This document shows, one piece after another, positions 11,920 through 24,967 of a DNA stretch of 64,000 nucleotides; the first letter of the stretch is position 1, and every line of letters begins with the position of its first letter. The translations under genes were made by a program, and so were the position numbers. This stretch comes from Octopus sinensis (taxonomy: Eukaryota): assembly GCF_006345805.1 (NCBI RefSeq), contig NC_042998.1, positions 61,008,001-61,072,000 of the forward strand. The letters run 5' to 3'. The notes under the pieces are model-generated. The model saw nothing but the letters and a program-made list of their open reading frames with translations, did no database searches and had not been told where the DNA came from.

Positions 11920-12960
11920 AAATCAACATAGAAACTTTAAGAAAAGTCCAACACAACAACACACCTACCCCGAAAATACTACCTTACATATCTACATACA
12001 ACACCAGAAACAAAGAAGCTTTCACCATCATCACCCAGAATTTACCAATACTTCATAAAAACCCCAAATTAAAGGAAATTCTAAACATACACCAAATCAT
12101 TAAAAAGTACAAACAGCCTAAATCACTAAAAAGATTCTCACAAAGGCAAAATTATCTTCTGAAATTACGGATGCAAAAGTAAAAAAATGTGGTAGATCGA
12201 ACTGTGCAACATGTCCTAACCTACTAGAAGGATCAGAATTCTTCTTTAAAGAGGGACAGAAACTCAAGATCAAATCTAACTTTACTTGTGCCTCTGAAAA
12301 CATAATTTATGTCATAAAATGCTCGGGCTGCCACCAAGACTACGTGGGATCCACGGAACTATCACTCAGACGTAGATGCACACTGCATCGACAACAGATG
12401 CATTCCAGAATATAGAATGATACCTTTTAGTGAGCACATTGAGAAATGCGCAAAGCAACTACAACCACAATTTTTAATCTTTCCATTTTACCAATGTGCT
12501 TTCGGATCATCAACACAAATTAGACTAAACAAGGAAACATTCTTCATTGAAAAGTACAAACCCAGACTCAACTATCCAAACATAATAATACAGAGAAATT
12601 CACACTAAGAGAAAAAGGGAAAAAAAATTTTTTAAGCGATTATCTCCCTTACACCGGAAGAAAGCACGCACTACCTTTTCTTATTTAGAACTCTCCGTAG
12701 CAAAAAAACAAGGATAACGCTATTAAAGATAAACATTACGTCGCAAGAAATTTGAAGAGCTAAATGCGAAACCGGTCTTTCTTTAAAAATTATAAAATTA
12801 TGTCAGGAAAAAAAAAAAAAAATTTGTCCAATATTCTCCAGACATATTGACGCGCAATATATATATTCTTTAACATTTAAGCCTTCTGTCGTTTTTTCAC
12901 TCTTTACTATTTTCTTATATATTCACCCACGTGCTTTCACAAACAAACTTTCTTATCTAT
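11920..12960 (+). mobile_element. Inverted 5'-truncated second copy of the same PLE (GIY-YIG part plus pLTR)
   Basis: Near-identical reverse complement of 7797-8802, plus about 40 nt matching 11740-11776. Ends at (TA)n. Typical inverted arrangement of Penelope insertions. Confidence 0.95.
12745..12783 (+). ncRNA. Minimal hammerhead ribozyme motif in the inverted pLTR copy
   Basis: Identical to the 7935-7973 motif. Predicted cleavage after C12777. Confidence 0.7.
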
Positions 12961-13912
12961 CTATATATATATATATATATATATATAAAGTAAACAGAAA
13001 ATGGAGAAATATTGATCAACAACAATTGACTAACATCAGTTATTACTTTTTAATACAAAGAGACTGTATCCCATCTAACAACTGTTTCTGCTTACAATGT
13101 CCTACGGCATTGACATTGAAAATTCTGAAAATAATATTCATCATGTTTGGTAACACATCCGATCTGGAACATGGAGCTTCATCAGAGTGAAGAAAAATAT
13201 ATAAAAGAAAAGAAAAGGAGAAGAGCCTTGAGAAGATGAAAGGCTTGATATATTTAAATCATACAATTTTGCATATGTGTCGCTTCAGAATGCTGAATAA
13301 ATGACTAGACTTAAAATACTAATTGGTGGCTTAATTTTTCTATGGGGGTAACAGACTGTATAAGTAATAAAAAAGTAAAAACAAAAATTGCATAACGGGA
13401 TACGCCAATAGGTCTAGAAAAAGAGGGAGTGAGAGTGCTATAACGTTTTGAAGTAATCATAATAGTTCTTAAAATTATGTTAATAGTACTAATTAATAGT
13501 TTGTCATAATAAAGTGCCCATCAAATAATATTTGCTCACGTGGTGAAATCGTCCTCAACATGTAAAACAGGTTAAATATATAAACAACGAGGCAATCAAA
13601 CTATATGCCTCCCGTTTATATATCATAATTTTTTCAAAATCTACTGCATAGACGCAGCTCTTCGCTGACAATAAAAAAAAATGCCGGTCGAATTTAATCC
13701 CTAATTTTTGTGGCTATAGAACCTAACTGTTCTTTCTAGCGTGTTGGGTTCTACGAGTGGATTCCTTATGTGTTTAAATGTACACTATATATTACGACTA
13801 ATTCATAGTCATTTGGGACTAAATTTTTACACGCTAGGCCAATGGAGGTGAACATTTTAATTAATATTCCATTTCCCTTTGATATGTTTAAGTATTATAT
13901 ATATATATATCG

Positions 13913-14291
13913 TTCTCTCTTTTACTTGTTTCAGTCATTTGACTGCGGCCATGCTGGAGCACCGCCTTTAGTCGAGCAATCGACTTTGTAAGCCCAGTAC
14001 TTATTCTATCGGTCTCTTTTGCCGAACCGCTAAGTGACGGGGACGTAAACACACCAGCATCGGTTGTCAAGCAATGCTAGAGGGACAAACACAGACACAC
14101 AAACACACACACCTATATACATATATACGACTGGCTTCTTTCAGTTTCCGTCTACCAAATCCACTCACAAGGCATTGGTCGGCCCGGGGCTATAGCAGAA
14201 GACACTTGCCCAAGATGCCACGCAGTGGGACTGAACCCGGAACCATGCGGTTGGTTAGCAAGCTACTTACCACACAGCCACTCCTGCCCCT
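13913..14291 (-). mobile_element. OK-like SINE with internal CA/TA linker
   Basis: Highly similar to 17425, 30990, 32833, 42688 and 55566. Confidence 0.9.
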
Positions 14292-14950
14292 ATATATATA
14301 CATACATACATACATTCATACATACATACATACTTGAAAATATGAGTGCGTATACGCACGCAACTACACACACAAACATATAGAGTATCTTGTGAGTACA
14401 TTTAGATGTACGACTGCTACAGTTGAATTTGAAGCTCCACGTAGGTTATCATCATCCAATCTGTTTCTAGTATAGTGGTTTGGTTACTACTGTACTTAGT
14501 AGCATTATTGGTTTTCATATACAGAGCAAATGTAGGAGAAAATATTTTAAACACAAGTTTATATCATTTGTCCCTACGTACTTTTTATTGCTGTGGTTAT
14601 TTGCAACTTCTATATTGGGTGTTCCGAGTGCAACCGGACGCTGAACCGTAATAGACTATCACAAGGACACTTTATTGTATTATCTAACAGACATGAACTG
14701 AGGCATTTAATTTATGTAATATAATGCAATAAAGTGTTCCCCGGATCTGTTGAGGTTCAGCATCCAACTGAACTTTGAACGATCGTTGCGTATGATGAAA
14801 ATAAAAACAATGGTGAAACATACTTGTTTTATTCAGAATTTTTCATGTATATGTGTGTGTGTGTGTGTGTGCGTGCATGTGTGTGCGTGCGTGTGTGTGT
14901 GTGAGTGTGTGTTTGAGGGTGAGTGTGTATTATGCAAGTGTGTGCGTATT

Positions 14951-14982
<32 letters not shown>

Positions 14983-15566
14983 TGTATGCATGCATATAAG
15001 TGTGTATGCATGTATGTATGTATGTATGTATGTATGTATGTATGTATGCATGTATGTATGTATGTATGTATGTATGCATGTATGTATGTATGTATGTATG
15101 TATGCATGTATGTATGTATGTATGCATGTATGTAGTGAAAGTCATCTTGTGACTACATTTTAGAATCAAGAGTCCAAGAAGCTCCTCTGTGTGAATTTAT
15201 TTTGAACGGGTAAAGTATTGCACAGTCATGAGCCCGCCTTTTTAACGCAAACAGCGATAGGACCAGAACCATACCAACAGAGGTTGAAACGACCGAAAAC
15301 TATCTACTCTTCAGCTTTTCTATACTAGTTAACTGTCTCCTAGAAAGAATTTCGAACGAGATCTAAGGGTCCTTCATTTTCAGTTGTCAATATACGAGTA
15401 AACCCATAGCTAGGACCCTGGCAGATGTTACTACTCTGGGTCAGAGAAAACCTGGAAACAAATAGTGTCTCAGAGGTGGTTCCACATTCCTCCAAACTCT
15501 GGAACTTCCGAACCAGGACACTACTATTGGATGCGGTTTGAAGTCATATTTAGGACATATATGTAA

Positions 15567-15598
<32 letters not shown>

Positions 15599-15621
15599 GT
15601 GTGTGTGTGTGTGTATGTGTG

Positions 15622-15735
15622 ATACAGGCATCCAGCAACAGGACCTCCGTAATGCCATGATGGACCGTGAAGTCTGGCGTAGCATGGTAAATTCCATTGT
15701 CTCGACCACGGTCGAACAATGATGATGATGATGAT

Positions 15736-15738
<3 letters not shown>
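15622..15738 (+). mobile_element. RTE LINE extreme 3' end with (TGA)n tail
   Basis: DTGIQQQDLRNAMMDREVWRSMVNSIVSTTVEQ* followed by (gat)n. Confidence 0.75.
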
Positions 15739-15784
<46 letters not shown>

Positions 15785-15959
15785 CGTGCGTGTTCCTGTA
15801 AAAGGTTTTACTGGACCAAATTGATATCAGTACTTATTTAGCGTCTGGTATCGTGCCATTTTTCGACGGACTGCTCGGTTACGGGGAACGTAACAAGTCA
15901 ACAACGGTATTTAAACGATGAGAGACAAATTCTGTGAATTACAACGAGGAGGTTTGATC

Positions 15960-16205
15960 TAGGTAATCCGATTAGCGGAACACTCAGCTCGTGAAATTAA
16001 CGTGCAAATGGTTGAAAACTCCTTAAAACACGCATACCCTTAACGTAACTCTCAAGGATATCCAGCGCAACACAGAATGTAACAAGGCTACTCCTTTGAA
16101 TTATACGGCTACAACTCGTTTTTGCCCGGTGACAACGCGCTACAAGGAGTCGAACTCAGACCACACATCGCGAATTGAATACCCAAGCCGCTAAGCCACA
16201 CGATG
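15960..16205 (-). mobile_element. Degenerate OR-like SINE with internal deletion
   Basis: Reverse complement aligns by eye to the 1022-1342 head and body. Confidence 0.65.
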
Positions 16206-16275
16206 TGCCTTCACCAGTGCTGCTCCTGTGTGTGTGGTGGGGTATGTATGTATATATATATATATACATATATTC

Positions 16276-16440
16276 TTTTATTCTTTTACTTGTTTCAGTC
16301 ATTTTACTCTGCTCATGCTGGAGCACAGCCTTTTAGTTCAAGAACTCGACCCCTGGGATTGTTCTTTGTAAGCCATTGTGCTTACTCTATCGGTCTCTTT
16401 TGCCGAACCGCTAAGTTACGGGGACGTAAACACACCAGTA
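16276..16440 (-). mobile_element. OK-like SINE, tail half only
   Basis: Shares catgctggagcac...gccgaaccgctaagttacggggacgtaaacacacc. Confidence 0.8.
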
Positions 16441-16469
16441 CCAGGTAAAAGAATGAAAGAATATGTATG

Positions 16470-16518
<49 letters not shown>

Positions 16519-16643
16519 GCACTCACACACGTGCACGCATATGCAGATACTTACATACATTCATATATACATACACATATATAAATGCATGTGTATGCCA
16601 CCAAGTGTGAGTGTGTGTATGTGTCATGTGTGTGTGTGTGTGT

Positions 16644-16687
<44 letters not shown>

Positions 16688-17196
16688 CGTGTGTATAAAC
16701 ATAACCCATAAAGGGAATTCATATAAATAATAAATATAAATTCTGGTAGGAGCCATTAAATGTTCCGCCCAATCTTTTATGATAAGTATTGTTTTGACCT
16801 TTTCTGCGGACTCCACCGATTTACTAATGTTTAAAGGTTGAAATTATGGCAATTCCTGAAGGTCTTTACTATCTTTTTATACCGTCGCCAACAGTTTTGA
16901 ATCATTTAGAATAATGCTACGATTGGTTATAGCAATAACATGTTTGTTATAAATGAACGTTACGAACTACATGATCAAGGTTTGTTTCAAATGGGTGATA
17001 GTGTGGGACAAGTAATCTTGGTGTTAGTATAGTGCTTAATGGCTATGTATATGTTTAGACCATGAGACTAAACTAACGATATGTGTGTGTGTATGTGTGC
17101 ATGCGTTTGTGTGCGCGTGTGTATATGAGTGTGTGTGTATGTGTGCGTGTGAATCTGTGTGTGTATGTATATCTATAACAACATATGTATATACAA

Positions 17197-17255
<59 letters not shown>

Positions 17256-17278
17256 ATATATATATAATATATATATAT

Positions 17279-17346
<68 letters not shown>

Positions 17347-17424
17347 CAGATAGATAGATAGATAGATAGACAGAAAGATTGACAGACGGATAGATAGATA
17401 TACATACGCTCATACATACACATA

Positions 17425-17833
17425 TATTCTTTCAGTCATGTGACCGTGGCCATGCTGGTGCACCACCTTTAGTCGAGCAAATCGACTCCAGGACTTAATC
17501 TTTGTAAGCCTACTACTTATTCTATCTGTCTCTTTTGCCGAACCGCTAAGTTATGAAGACGTAAACACACCAGCATCGGTTGTCAAACGATGTTGGGGGA
17601 ACAAATACAGACACAAACACATACACACAAACACACACACACACCATATATATATATATATACATATATACGACGAGCTTCCTTCAGTTTCCGTCTACAA
17701 GTTCCACTCAGAAGGTTTTGGTCGGCCAGAGGCTATAGTAGAAGACACTTGCCCAAGGTGCCACGCAGTGGGACTGAACCTGGAACCATGTGGTTCAGAA
17801 GCAAGCTACTTACCACACAGCCACTCCTACGCC
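17425..17833 (-). mobile_element. OK-like SINE
   Basis: Full-length homolog of 13913-14291. Confidence 0.9.
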
Positions 17834-17869
17834 TAAATATATACATACATTCATACATTTATACACAGA

Positions 17870-17910
<41 letters not shown>

Positions 17911-17984
17911 TAAATGTGTGTATGCGTGTGTGTGCAGGTCCCTCCGCCACCACACACACACAGTGAAGGTGTAATTTCTCGCAG

Positions 17985-18290
17985 TGACCGACCAGTTTCA
18001 TCTTAGGAGAAAATCATCCACTGACACCAACCCTGTCCGCCAACGTGAACAATTCCTGCGCTTGCAAAGTTTCATCAACTAAGAGGAGATGGAAACTCCA
18101 GTGAAGGACTTCTTCGTCTCGAAGGATAGACAAGAGCTAGTATCAGTGTGGAATCAAAGAACTGGCGGAAAGGTGGATTCGGACAACACGATGGTCTCTA
18201 CTTTGAATACTTGGTTGCCTTTGTTGCAATTTGACGAATAAAGCAAGTAAGTTACCAAAATATTGCATAACTTTTGGCTCAACGCTATAT
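17985..18290 (+). mobile_element. Mariner transposase C-terminal relic with right TIR-like end
   Basis: Frameshifted EEMETPVKDFFVSKD / YQCGIKELAERW..HDGLYFEY resembles the mariner C-terminus, followed by gcataacttttggctcaac. Confidence 0.7.
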
Positions 18291-18890
18291 GTATACATAA
18301 TACTTTCTTCCACATCATCGACATCAAAATATAATACCTCTCTTTCACTGTAACAACGCTAGATTTCTTATCATGAAATCATTCAAATCTGACTTCGGAG
18401 ATCAGATCTGCAACATTAGATTTGTTAAATACACTAACACCGTCCATATCAAAATTATCTTTGGGTATTAAGAACATTAAGAAATCCGCAGAACATTTTG
18501 TTTTTATTTGCTGATAAAACCAACGTCTTTACGAAATTGTATAAAAACACACAACCAACTTCTAACGACGAATATAATCCAAATCTGTGAGAAAGCTCAT
18601 TCACATCAATACTGTAATAAAGAAAGTTGCTTTTTAATTAGTTTGCAGTAAGTAACTATTGCTAAAAGAAAACAGTTATTAAAGTCCACACTGTCTATGA
18701 AATTTCTATAAATTTCTATTTTAATATATTTTAATGAAAATTTAGTTTTCGAAATTTTTTTATAGTTGAGGATTCCAACGACTCGATCAACCCCAAAAAC
18801 TTATTTTCATTCATTACTACATAGTTAATTCAAACTGCGTTATGCAAAGTATAAAATTTACTAATATAATATGTGTATGTATCCTTCTAC

Positions 18891-18932
<42 letters not shown>

Positions 18933-18984
18933 ACAGACATGCAGGAAATAGATAGACACGTTTAATTTTCAAAATGTTTTATTT

Positions 18985-19230
18985 CATATTAATTAGTTGA
19001 AGGAGAGTTTTCCTTCTAGCTGCTCGTTCATAATACCCAAGCTTATGCAGTTATGTAACACACATTCACATTCTTGGACTAACTTCTAGCTGTTTTACAA
19101 TGTCAGAAGCCTTCGAACGGGGTTCGTTTTCCACAATTCTCTTCAAACAGCGAAGCTTCCTTTCCGAGGGGCCAGGTCGGCCGGGACGAAAATTTGTTGA
19201 TTCTTTTCCTTGGCTTTTGAACTGCACTAT
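18985..19230 (-). mobile_element. Tc1 transposase N-terminal (HTH) relic
   Basis: RPGRPGPSERKLRCLKRIVENEPRSKASDIVKQLEVSPR...LHKLGYYERAARRKTLL. Confidence 0.75.
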
Positions 19231-19719
19231 AAATTCTAGTGGTTCGGCAATAGAGACCGATAGCATAAGTATAAAACTTTTAAAAATAAATACTTGCTTG
19301 ATTTGTTCAAGTAAAACCTTTCAAGGCAGTGCCCCAGTGTGGCCACAGTCCAATTAGTGAATCAAGTAAAACGATAAAAAAAAGAGAGAATTCACTTATA
19401 TTTTTCTTTCGCCCTCGAAAGATGTCTAATCTGCAAATTCGTGTGAACTTCTCAATACTTAACCTGTATTCCTGCATTCTTTGTTGTTCTTTCTGATCTA
19501 CAATATTTTTACTACTTTACATTGTATGTTTAACGCTTACTCGTATTTCATCTAGATTCGACCTTGGTACTCCAACTTCGATCTTCACCTCGTAACTCTA
19601 CCATGGATTTCTACCTAGATTACGTTGGCCATCTTTTTTCTGCATTATATATATATATATATATATATATATCCCATGAACATCCAGGATTTTTCCTTTG
19701 GCCTTTTTTTTTCCTCTTT

Positions 19720-20000
19720 CATCCCTTCCCTGCTCTCTCTTACCTTGTCCTTCTCTCTATTACACTCTCCCTCCCTCTCTCTTACTCTCTCTTTCTTTCT
19801 CATATTCTCTCCCCCTCTCTCTCTCTCTCTCTCTTACTCTCTCCCTCTCCCTCTTACTCCCTCCCTCACTCTATTTCTCTCTCTTTTACTCTCTCCCTCT
19901 CCCTCTAACTCCCCCTCTCTCTCTCTCCGTTACTCTCTCCTTGCCTCGCTATCACTCTCTCCCACTTTCGCTTTCTCTCTTCGTTTCTTTACCCTTATTT
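19720..20000. repeat. CT-rich polypyrimidine/polypurine tract
   Basis: Degenerate (CT)n with recurring ttactctc units. Confidence 0.9.
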
Positions 20001-20236
20001 TCCTTTCTTTCCTCTTTTATCTCTTATTTTTATATTTTCATTCCATTTTTTAATATTTTTCTCTTCACCATTTTCTGTTCTCTTCTGCATCCAAACATGT
20101 TTAACTCCCGTATTCACTTAACCTTGTCAAGCGTTAAGCTAATGCCACATTTGTCGAATTTTGTTCTTCTGTGATGCTCTTTCTGCTTTTGCATTATATG
20201 TTCTTTACTACATAATACCTATATATAAATGTGTGT

Positions 20237-20278
<42 letters not shown>

Positions 20279-20917
20279 TGTGTGAGTGTGTGTGTGTGTG
20301 TGTGTGTGTTGTGTGTACATATACGTGTGGCAGGGTAAGTGACGTAGAAGACGGTTCGGCTACCGGATTCGATCGGTACACTTGCAGCGTATCAATTCCT
20401 TTTGCATCGTTAAACTCATTGTAAAAGAAAACCATTGATTCATCAGTTTCGGAGGTAAGAATAGTTCAGAAACATTCAAAACTTTCCTAGGGGCGTCTGA
20501 ACATTAAGCAAAAACCTACAAGTGACCGAATCTGAAGGGCAAAGGCTCAAAATATTCCATAAAAAGCATTTATAAATAGATACATACTTAAATGCATATA
20601 TATATATATACCCATACTTACACACATACATACATATATACATACATGCAAACTTTTATACACACATTCACTCAAACACGTACACACACATGTATTTAAA
20701 TATGTATTTATTATGTTTATAATACAACGCATACGTATAAATATTAAATTAAAAGAAATCATACACACACACACACAAAGACACACGCACACGCACACTC
20801 ACTTATATATGCCTGTGATGTATGTGCTATACAGATGTACTATATTGTAATAAAATCTACGTAAACACTAGTCAATACTCTGAACGTAAGTTTGTGTATG
20901 CACGCCACAAGTTTGTC

Positions 20918-21008
<91 letters not shown>

Positions 21009-22019
21009 AATACAAACAGAAGCAAATACTTATGAATGCTATATAAGTCATATATGTGACTGACCTGTGTGCAAATATAGTATATGTCTATGTACATTTT
21101 TATAATATATATGTGCATGTGCGTTGCATGCCCCTCTGTGAATATTTGTACACGTTTTCTTAAAGAAAACTAAATGTTTATGTCTGTATGTGAGAGAGGC
21201 TTATACACAATGTTTGTATCTATGCTCTATATATAATTATAGGTGTCTTTACATGCATTTATGCTTTCGAATGCTTGCTAAAATATCTGTGTATGCCTGT
21301 GTGTCTGCCTGTTATTATGTATATGTATATAATTGTTTGTACATATACAGGCATGTGGGACTGCGCTTGTGTTAGCGTTGTATTCTTGATGTGTTTGCAT
21401 ATATGACTGCGATCGGACCCATCTCTATATTAATGTTTTCTGCGGTGTTTATATGTGCATCTGTCAATGAATGTAAGCATGTATGTATGCATAAATGTAT
21501 GTATGTGTGTGTATGCGTTTGAGTAAAATATATAAGACCTATGGATTTCTGTGTGTGTTTTCTTGCTTGATCATAAATACACGCAGTTACACTCAATGTA
21601 TGTGCGTGTAATTGTGTGTGAGTGTGCGTCTATGTGTAATATTCTCTCCCCTGCTCATAAACGTCACGGTGTCATGATATGCTTCAAGTATAGAAAATTA
21701 TAAATGAAGCAATTTTATGGTTAACAATATCTGTTGTTATCAAAACTAAAAAAAAAAAGAATAATAAAAAGATAGAAATCAGATCTTATTTTATTGCAAT
21801 AGTTTGTCATCTTCACTAAAACTAGCTTTCCAAAGGAGATATCGTTATAACACTTTCCTCAACCAATGAAACAAAACAAAGATGTTTTCACAAGGGGAAT
21901 TATGCTCTTAACCTAAATAATTAATCGATTTGGCGGCCATATTGTCATTTCGTTGAAACTCTTTCTGTTCCAGTTAAACATTCTTTGCTTGCTCGCTTGT
22001 TTGTTTTCGTTGCCATTGT

Positions 22020-22148
22020 TGTTGTAATTACTGTTGTTGATGTTGTTGTTGTTGTTGTTTCGTCTTTGTGATCATTGTTGAGCTTGTCGTTATTATTATT
22101 GTCTTTGTTGTTGTTGTTGTTCTTCTTCTTCTTCTCCTTCTTCTTCTT

Positions 22149-22179
<31 letters not shown>

Positions 22180-22188
22180 TTATTATTA

Positions 22189-22237
<49 letters not shown>

Positions 22238-22240
22238 TGT
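22020..22240. repeat. Compound trinucleotide array (TTG)n-(TTC)n-(TTA)n
   Basis: Direct reading. Confidence 0.95.
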
Positions 22241-24057
22241 TGTTGCCTTTTTTCTTCTTGTCGTTCGTTGTTGATTTTGCTATCCTTGTTATTACTGTTG
22301 CTTTTGCTGTTGATGTTCCATCGCTTCTCTTCTCTTCTGGTTGATTTTGATTTCGTTGCCGTTGGTGTTAAGGAAGACAAAGAGATGGGGAGGAGAGGAG
22401 AAGGAAAGGATGAAGTAGGTTGACGAAGAGGTGAAAGTAAAGAATGATGCCGAACCACATATTCTCTACCTGATCGAGAACACACATCTTAAACACAAAA
22501 TTTTACTTAAAAAACAATGTCTATAATCAATCTTGCTGGCAATCCATCAGCAGGGATGCATTTTTTCGTCTTATATACAAACTCCCTCTATAGTCAAGGA
22601 ATTTTCTCTCACTAAAGCAACGAAATTTCAGTTTGCTATTTAACCCTATTCCTGTATATCTCATATCAATTTCATTTAATTGCCCCACTAATTTGACACA
22701 GTCACCTGAATTGCTGAAACAGTAGTGAAATTTCTCTTAACTCAAACTTTACCGTCTTGAAAAGAGAAAGACACATTGAGTAATATATCGGTAGAAAACC
22801 CGCAGAATGCAATATGCTTTTAACTCGAACGCTCTTAAGCATATGTCTACTTGATCAAAGAAGGCCTGAGGCTCAGCAACAAGTGATCTGCTTGACATAG
22901 ACTACTGTTTTGGAAAAGATTCGCTTCCAGTAAAAGGGTCCCTATTTTCATGGTTTAACTTGTCCGTACAGATTGGGCACTTGCCGTCTATGTAACCAAT
23001 TACTGGAGTAATGCAAATGCCCTACGCTCTTTTGATCTACTAATCTAGTGAATTTAAATATAATCCGGATGAACCGCTGTAATGGTTTCATAGTTATTTG
23101 TGTACATTTGGAAAATGCATCGACTCCTCTGAAAAGTATCCGAAAATATTGAAGGACACCTGTTAAACAGACGTAATAAGACGTACTAAATTCATTGATC
23201 TTTCTTTCTTGTAATTGATGCATTACTAATGTCTATAGTAGCCGAGATCTGGCTCCGCATGTAAGAAGAAAATGCTAATAGAATGCAGTTCATATCATCA
23301 CCAGACAACTGCTTTCGTCCAAAACTGAACAAACAATACAAATGCAGACTGTATGATTTGGTCCAAGTGTTGTAAAAAGAACACTAGAAATTGAAATAAA
23401 GTACTGAAAACAAAACAAAAAAAAAAACAAGAAAATACAAATAATGAATATAATACAAACAGAAAATAAAAAAATAAAGTAAGAACTTAAATTGTTAATG
23501 TAAACGGGACATGTGCAAAATAAAGAAAATAGACACAAGAAAACGGAACCTTGGAGTATTTACAGTAGACTGGCCAACAAAAACCGAAACAAAAGAAAAA
23601 ATATATAGATAAAGAAGAATGAGAAGCTTTAAGAATAGGAATTTCTAAAAGTGTAATCAAGAACGTGACAATCAAAAGGTGAAACTAATTAAAGAGTTGA
23701 AAACCAAAAACGGGGGAAAAAAAAACATCTTATGTATCATCGCATCCAGTGATGAAAGGAAGCATGAAAATTAAGCCGTAGATTTGGCTTCCATAGATTT
23801 AATGAAAACGGCGGGTAAGGTACTTCAATATCAGTAGTTAAACGAAGTATGTATCGGACCACTGAAGTTACAAAGGAAAGTGGATACTTACCCCAGATAT
23901 ATCTTCATTTCCTTTTTCTTAAGATAATGAATGAATGGTCAGGATTTCTTTGTTAGTAAAGCAAAAAAAAAAACAACAAAAAAAACAAGAATTTTTTCAC
24001 ATCGGGGTGCTGTGAAAACTAGAAACAACAACATCAATGACAACAACAGCAGCAGTC

Positions 24058-24230
24058 GAGGTGCAATGGCCCAGAGGTTAGGTCGTAAGAACGCGGTTTC
24101 GTTTCCCAGACCGGGCATTGTGAGTGTTTATTGAGCAAAAACACCTGAGCTCCACGAGGCTGCGGGGGTTGGAATTAAAATCCGTTGTACTCTTTCACCA
24201 CAATTTTCCTTCCTACTTCTACCACAAAGC
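24058..24230 (+). mobile_element. tRNA-derived SINE, third family (5' part)
   Basis: gaggtgcaatggccca...cccagaccgg...gtgagtgtttattgagc. Homolog at 44734. Confidence 0.7.
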
Positions 24231-24967
24231 AGAGGAACCATGGTGTAACCCAATATGGTGTGGTAAACTGTCAGACTCTAGTCTAGATTGCGAATCCTCT
24301 GTACCCCAGGATGGGGTAAAAGCCACCGTTTACGGAATGAGGATAACAACATAGCTTTCGCGCCCGTGCAACACCCAGTTTATCGCGTGTGGTGGTTGGA
24401 TCTTCCAGTTGCCACACGCATTCCTAGTAGCTTAGAGTAGGCTCGAATTAGAGATTATTCTCTGTGGCTAATGGCGTGAGTCCTGATGGAAGAAGAAGAA
24501 GAAGAAGAAGAAGAAGAAGAAGAAGAAGAAGAAGAAGAAGAAGAAGAAAGAAGAAGAGAAGAAGAAGAAGAAGAAGAAGAAGAAGGCAACAGCAACAACA
24601 ATGACAACACTAATAATGATAATGATGATTTCAAATTTTGGCACAAGACCATTAAATTCAAGAGAGGAGGATAGTCGATTACATCGACCCTAGTGCTTGA
24701 TTGGTAGATATTTTATCGAACGAGAATGAACTTGAATTCATAATGTAAGGACGGTCGAAATGTTGTCAGACGAAGTAACAATTCTGCAACCTCACCACCT
24801 TTACAACAACAATAACACATTCAGTACGTTGTGTATATATGTCAGATTTTGGATGCACCAAAAGTTCTGTCATAGAAATAACAAATGTTGGCTTAATGTG
24901 AAACAATGTAAGGACTGCTGAAATTTCTGAAATACTCTGGTTACAAGAGAGTTTATTTTATTTGTTA

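Larger units (their letters stand above)
7797..11922 (-). mobile_element. Near full-length Penelope-like element (Neptune-type), pLTR-ORF1-RT/GIY-YIG-pLTR
   Basis: Direct terminal repeats (7797-7933 vs about 11777-11922), RT and GIY-YIG motifs, and a Cys-rich linker KCGRSNCATCP between RT and EN. The left end abuts a (TA)n array. Confidence 0.95.

Noticed and set aside
14750-17423. Numerous YI/HT/CV/MYVC-rich ORFs here and throughout the window
   Set aside because: Translations of (TA)n, (CA)n, (TATG)n and (GATA)n microsatellites.
18300-18620. Protein-like frames on both strands next to the mariner relic
   Set aside because: Stops in all frames, no consistent splice sites and no recognisable motif.
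22860-23223. Fragments such as YIDGKCPICTDKLNHENRDPF (minus strand)
   Set aside because: Short, bounded by stops, with weak splice signals. Cannot be supported without a search.
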